DNA from: Polyangiaceae bacterium
GTDB taxonomy: Bacteria; Myxococcota_A; Polyangia; Polyangiales; Polyangiaceae
NCBI GenBank assembly: GCA_035063585.1
Contig: JAPSGB010000004.1
Coordinates: 128,001 to 192,000 of the forward strand
Reading direction: 5' to 3'
Length of the DNA: 64,000 nt
Shown here: positions 59,521-64,000 of the stretch, in pieces
How the letters are laid out: every line of letters starts with the position of its first letter
How positions within the stretch are numbered: the first letter of the stretch is position 1
Position numbers and translations under genes: made by a program
The notes under the pieces: model-generated
Told to the model about the DNA's origin: nothing
The model's input: the letters and a program-made list of their open reading frames with translations, nothing else
Database searches by the model: none

Positions 59521-61128
59521 TCAACCCGGCTTCTTGGTCAGGGTGAGGATCCAGCGACCGTAGATGTAGATCCCGATCGCGCTCACGATGCCGATCACGC
59601 CGAGCACCACCCAGAGCAGCCCGACGTGGTGCGAGTCGTGGAGGACCTGGGTGAGGTGCTGCGGCGTCTCTTTCGTGAACTCGACCAGCTTGTCGAAGGC
59701 CTCGCCCTGGTGAATGGCGGAGACGGCGTCGGCGGGCATGCCGCGCTCGAGCAGGAGCTCGCGCGCGAAGCGATCCTTCGAGGCCCAGCGATCATAGAGC
59801 GCGGGGCCGAGGAACCCCTCGATGCCCCAGCCGACCGCGAGCGGGATCTGCGAGAACCCGAGGTACATCGCCTTCTTGTCGGCGGGCGCGAAGTTGCCGA
59901 TGAACTCGCTGAACTTCGGGCTCGAGAGCATCTCGCCGATGGCGAAGATGATGATGGCGAAGACCATCGTCCACCCGGCGACGGACAGCCCGATCATGAA
60001 GAGCGCGAGGGTGGCGAGCAGCGTACCTACCACCATGCTGGTCGTGGCGCGCATCCTCCCGCTCAGCCACGCGAAGAGGAAGCAGGTCACCATGATCATG
60101 CCGGCGTCGAGGTTCAGCATGCCTTCGGGCTGGATGTGCGTCCCCTCCTCGTTCATCACCACGAAGAACTTCACGACCGGGTTGGTGGTGCCGTGATGCC
60201 CGAACAGGGTCCGCACGACGTCCGAGGAGTCGACCCAGTCGTCGATGTGGGCCGGGAGGACGTCGAAGAGCGCGTTGAACATGAACCAGAACCCGCTGAA
60301 AATCGCGAGGTAGACCCACACGTGCTTCTTCTTGAGCTCGTGGAGCGACTCGCGAAATAGGCTCTCGCGCCGCTCGTGACCGGCCTTGATCCTGGCGTTG
60401 CGCTCGAGGCGCTCGGCCTTGCCCGGCTCCTTGTAGGTGAGGAGGAAGAGGAAATTCAGGCAGATGATGGCGGCGCACGCGAGAAACACGTACCGCCACT
60501 CCATCTTTCGCATGAACCCGGCGACCAGCGGTCCGAGGAAGCCACCGATGTTGACCGTCTGGTAGAAGACGCCCCACGCCATCGAGCTGTTCTCGCGACT
60601 GGTCGCCTTGACGAGCGTGCCCTGGATACCCGGCTTGAAGATCGCGGTGCCGGTCGCGAGCAGGATCGCTCCGGCGAAGAACCCGCCAAAACTCGGGAAG
60701 AAGGCCATCGTGAGGTAGCCCAAGATCTTCACGATGGTGGAGACGAAGATCGTCTCCTTGTACCCGTAGCGATCGGAGAGTCCGCCGGTGAAGACGGGCA
60801 CCAGCGTCTGCGTCCACGCCCAGGCGGCGAGGATGATGCCGAACGACGTCATCGAGATCCCGAGCCCGCCCTTGCTCACGGGATCCTTGGCGTACAGGGT
60901 GGCGACCGCCTTCACGCCGTAGAAGGCGAGGCGCTCGACCATCTCCATGCCGCCGCAGATCCAGAACACGTAAGACAGTGAGGCGAGCGCCGCGAAGAGC
61001 CCGAGCTGAGGGACGTCGGCGAGACCGTGGGCGCCGCCCTCGGCTTCGACCGTCGCGGGAGAGGGCGCACCGAGATCCTCGGCGGGGCTCTCGGTGGTGG
61101 GGAGGACGTGCCGGTCGTCGTTGCTCAT
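59521..61128 (-). CDS. MFS transporter, POT/PTR2-related
   Basis: EMVERLAFYG (variant ExxERF), FKP, FYQTVNIGG and GEMLSSP. Confidence 0.88.
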   Translation of the reverse strand: MSNDDRHVLPTTESPAEDLGAPSPATVEAEGGAHGLADVPQLGLFAALASLSYVFWICGGMEMVERLAFYGVKAVATLYAKDPVSKGGLGISMTSFGIILAAWAWTQTLVPVFTGGLSDRYGYKETIFVSTIVKILGYLTMAFFPSFGGFFAGAILLATGTAIFKPGIQGTLVKATSRENSSMAWGVFYQTVNIGGFLGPLVAGFMRKMEWRYVFLACAAIICLNFLFLLTYKEPGKAERLERNARIKAGHERRESLFRESLHELKKKHVWVYLAIFSGFWFMFNALFDVLPAHIDDWVDSSDVVRTLFGHHGTTNPVVKFFVVMNEEGTHIQPEGMLNLDAGMIMVTCFLFAWLSGRMRATTSMVVGTLLATLALFMIGLSVAGWTMVFAIIIFAIGEMLSSPKFSEFIGNFAPADKKAMYLGFSQIPLAVGWGIEGFLGPALYDRWASKDRFARELLLERGMPADAVSAIHQGEAFDKLVEFTKETPQHLTQVLHDSHHVGLLWVVLGVIGIVSAIGIYIYGRWILTLTKKPG

Positions 61129-61153
61129 CTCGAGTTCGCTCGTGGACTGGGGC

Positions 61154-62632
61154 TCAATGGACGCCGTGCATCCGCTTCTTCAAGAACGGCGAGACGAGGA
61201 ACGCGATGATGCCGACCGCGAGCGCGAAGAGCGCGATTTGCCCGAACACGCGGCCGTAAATCATGACCGTCTCGGTCGGCGGCGGCACCGCGCCCGCCGC
61301 CGCGCCTTCGCCGTGAACGCCGGTGAGCGCAGCGATGATGCTCGCGACGTACTGCGAGAACGCGGTCGCCAGGAACCAGGTACCCATCATCACGCCCACG
61401 ATGCGCGCGGGGGAGAGCTTGGTGATCATGCTGAGCCCGATGGGCGACAGGCACAGCTCCCCGGTCGTGTGCAGGAGGTAGCCGAGCACCAGAAACCCGA
61501 TCCAGACGTGCCCGGTATCCTTGGCGCTGACCGCTCCGAACCAGAGGATGCCGAAACCGGCCGCGAGCTGGACCACGCCGAGCGCGAATTTCGTCGGCGT
61601 GCGCGGCTCGTGCCCCACCTTCGCGAGCTTCACCCAGAGCCAGCTGAAGATGGGCGCGAAAGACAGGATGAAGGCCGGGTTCACCGACTGGAACATCGAG
61701 GTCGGGATTTGGTGCCCGAACACCATGCGATCGACGTTCCGCTCAGTGAAGAGGTTGATGGAGCTCCCGGCCTGCTCGAAGAACGCCCAGAAGACCATGC
61801 TGAAGCTGATGAGCACGAGCGCCACCAGCATCGCGTCACGCTCCTCCTTGGTGGAGCGCGCGGCCATGAAGTAGATGAGCCCGGCGAAGACCACGCCGCC
61901 GACTACGAGGAGGAGCTGGCCCACCAAGGTGTTTCTCTGCACGAGCAGCCAGGCGATGGCGACCGCCACCGCGGAGCCCAGATAGATCGCGTGCTCGCGG
62001 CTCAAACCGGCGAAGACGGGCCTCCGGAGCTTGTCGACATCGGGCGGTTCCGCGACGCCTCCGAGCAAGCGCTGCCCCCACAGGAACACGATGAGCCCCG
62101 CCACCATCCCGAACCCGGCGAGGCCGAAACCGTAGCTCCACCCGTACTTCTCACCGAGGAACCCGCAGACGAGCGGCGCGATCCCCGCCCCGAGGTTGAT
62201 CCCCATGTAGAAGATGGTGAAGCCGGAGTCGCGGCGCGGATCGCCTTCGTCGTAGAGGCGCCCGACCACCGTCGAGATGTTCGGCTTGAAGAACCCGTTG
62301 CCGCAGATGAGCAGCGCGAGCGCGAGGTAAAAGAAGGTCTGGTTCTCGATGGCCATCGCGAAGTGGCCGAGCGCCATCAAGACCGCGCCGAGGGTGACCG
62401 CCTTGCGATTGCCGAGCAGCCGATCGGCGAGCAGACCGCCGAAGATCGGCGTCGCGTACACGAGCGCGGTATAGCTGCCGTAGACGGCGTAAGCGGCCTC
62501 GTCGGTGAACTCGAACTTGTCCACCATGTAGAGGACGAGGAGCGCCCGCATCCCGTAGTAGCTGAACCGCTCCCACATCTCGGAGAAGAAGAGGACGTAG
62601 AGCCCCTTCGGATGCCCCTTCTTCACCTCCAT
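61154..62632 (-). CDS. Proton-dependent di/tripeptide transporter (POT, DtpA/DtpT-like)
   Basis: GHPKGL, EMWERFSYYG, GNGFFKPN, FYMGINLG and GELCLSPIG. Confidence 0.95.
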   Translation of the reverse strand: MEVKKGHPKGLYVLFFSEMWERFSYYGMRALLVLYMVDKFEFTDEAAYAVYGSYTALVYATPIFGGLLADRLLGNRKAVTLGAVLMALGHFAMAIENQTFFYLALALLICGNGFFKPNISTVVGRLYDEGDPRRDSGFTIFYMGINLGAGIAPLVCGFLGEKYGWSYGFGLAGFGMVAGLIVFLWGQRLLGGVAEPPDVDKLRRPVFAGLSREHAIYLGSAVAVAIAWLLVQRNTLVGQLLLVVGGVVFAGLIYFMAARSTKEERDAMLVALVLISFSMVFWAFFEQAGSSINLFTERNVDRMVFGHQIPTSMFQSVNPAFILSFAPIFSWLWVKLAKVGHEPRTPTKFALGVVQLAAGFGILWFGAVSAKDTGHVWIGFLVLGYLLHTTGELCLSPIGLSMITKLSPARIVGVMMGTWFLATAFSQYVASIIAALTGVHGEGAAAGAVPPPTETVMIYGRVFGQIALFALAVGIIAFLVSPFLKKRMHGVH

Positions 62633-62766
62633 CGCCGCTATGACCTCCGGCTCGTCATGGTCGGGCGGACAGTAAGGGAAACCGCGCCCGAGGCCAACTG
62701 CCCCGTGGAGGGGTGGTCGGCGCGGCGCGGAAAAGGCGCGGGGCGTCTCGCGCGGACGCGAGCGCG

Positions 62767-63915
62767 CTAGAGGTACGGCGCCGCGCGCGGCGCCGCTTCC
62801 GGGCGCACCACGCCGCGGCGCCGCAGCGCGCCGATGAGGCTCGCGATGCGCGCGACGTCGCCGAGCGAGAGCAGCCCGAGGAAGCCGTGCGGGCCGAAAA
62901 CGGCTGCGACGTGCCCGCGCACGCCGGCGAGGTGCGCCCGCACCTTCTCGAGCGGCATCGAGGCGTCGAGCACCGGGATCTCGCGGCGCATGATGCCGGA
63001 GACGAACGCGCCGAGCCCGAGGTCGGCGATCCGCTCGAGCAGCTCGTCGCGAGAGACGATGCCGACCAGCGTCTCGCCGTGCATCACGGCGTAGTCGGTC
63101 TGGGGGCTGCGGAGCATGGTGTCGATCACGCTCCCGAGCTCTTCGCCGGGCGCAAAACTCTGCGCCTGGGGGTCGCAGGCGTCGCCGGCGGTGAGGCCGG
63201 AGAGCGCGTCGTGAGCCGCCGCCATCGCGCGCTCCTGGCCCGCCCCGAGGAACACGAACGCGCCGATGATGGCGAGCCACACGCTCGAGGTGAAGATCCC
63301 GAGCGCGGCGATGCCTGCCGCGAGGAGCTGCCCGACGGTCGCGGCGACCCGCGTCGCGCGGGAGCGCGGCATCAGCATGGCGAGGATGGCGCGGAACACT
63401 CGCCCGCCGTCCATGGGCAAGGCCGGGATCATGTTGAAGACGGCGAGCCCGACGTTGGTCCAGAGCAGCGCCGCGAGCAGCCCGCGCGCCGAGGGCGGAC
63501 CGCTCATCGACTCGAAGAAGCGACCGTCGAGGAGCGTCTCGGGCCCGAGCGTCGCGAGCGTGACGCTCGCGAGCACGAACGCGATGACCACGTTCACGAG
63601 CGGCCCGGCGACCGCGATGAGCAGCTCGTGGAGCGGTCGCGATGGCTCGCGCTCGAGCCGCGCGAGCCCGCCGATGGGCAGGAGCACGATCTCGCGCACC
63701 TGCACCCCGACCTGCTGAGCGACCAGGCTGTGCCCGAGCTCGTGCAAGACCACGCAGGTAAAGAGCAGGGTGACGAGGAGCGTGCCGAACGCCGCGCCCT
63801 TCGGCCCGTGCGGCTCTCCAAACATGGCGGCAAAGTAGATGACCACGAGCAGGAAGCTCGCATGCACCTTGATATCGATGCCCGACACGCGGGCGACGCG
63901 GAGAGACCACTTCAT
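62767..63915 (-). CDS. Site-2 protease (M50) with CBS domain pair
   Basis: HELGH, AGPLVN and NMIPALPMDGGR, followed by CBS-like GIVSRDEL and GLLSLGDV. Confidence 0.93.
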   Translation of the reverse strand: MKWSLRVARVSGIDIKVHASFLLVVIYFAAMFGEPHGPKGAAFGTLLVTLLFTCVVLHELGHSLVAQQVGVQVREIVLLPIGGLARLEREPSRPLHELLIAVAGPLVNVVIAFVLASVTLATLGPETLLDGRFFESMSGPPSARGLLAALLWTNVGLAVFNMIPALPMDGGRVFRAILAMLMPRSRATRVAATVGQLLAAGIAALGIFTSSVWLAIIGAFVFLGAGQERAMAAAHDALSGLTAGDACDPQAQSFAPGEELGSVIDTMLRSPQTDYAVMHGETLVGIVSRDELLERIADLGLGAFVSGIMRREIPVLDASMPLEKVRAHLAGVRGHVAAVFGPHGFLGLLSLGDVARIASLIGALRRRGVVRPEAAPRAAPYL

Positions 63916-64000
63916 GTCGACGAGCACCCCGGGCGGCGCGAGAGGAGCAATGTAAGGCGTACCGTGGCCGCTGGCGAGCCGGGCGCGTCGAGCGGCCGAT

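Noticed and set aside
62633..63910. 918-aa ORF suggesting a fusion upstream of the POT transporter
   Set aside because: Off-frame read-through of the site-2 protease region caused by stop-codon scarcity at high GC.

Overview
A very GC-rich bacterial chromosomal segment carrying about 50 protein-coding genes. I see no rRNA, tRNA, CRISPR array, prophage or intact mobile element. A MYXO-CTERM-type sorting signal, TPR/PEGA proteins, GltF/CglF-, CglB- and FrgA-like genes and many Gly/Cys-rich lipoproteins point to Myxococcota, probably Polyangiales (inference). Housekeeping and metabolic genes include a cyclophilin, two thiolases, purB, trxA, an IDH-family dehydrogenase, an acyl-CoA dehydrogenase, comM-recA, gluQ, miaE, two POT transporters and a site-2 protease. 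These are interleaved with a metal (Zn-type) uptake operon ending in an S46 peptidase and with numerous orphan lipoproteins. The most unusual items are: (1) an intact RecQ-like gene whose catalytic motifs II, III and VI are degenerate and which carries a ~250-aa histone-H1-like basic repeat tail, directly upstream of a polyphosphate-binding CHAD gene; (2) a split-barrel flavoprotein-MenA/UbiA prenyltransferase fusion; (3) a lipoprotein joining an ExbD/TolR periplasmic domain to an AgmX/TonB-C-like domain; (4) four sigma-54-type promoters, one ahead of comM-recA. All calls come from motif recognition by eye, and start codons were adjusted from the ORF track where a better start was evident.
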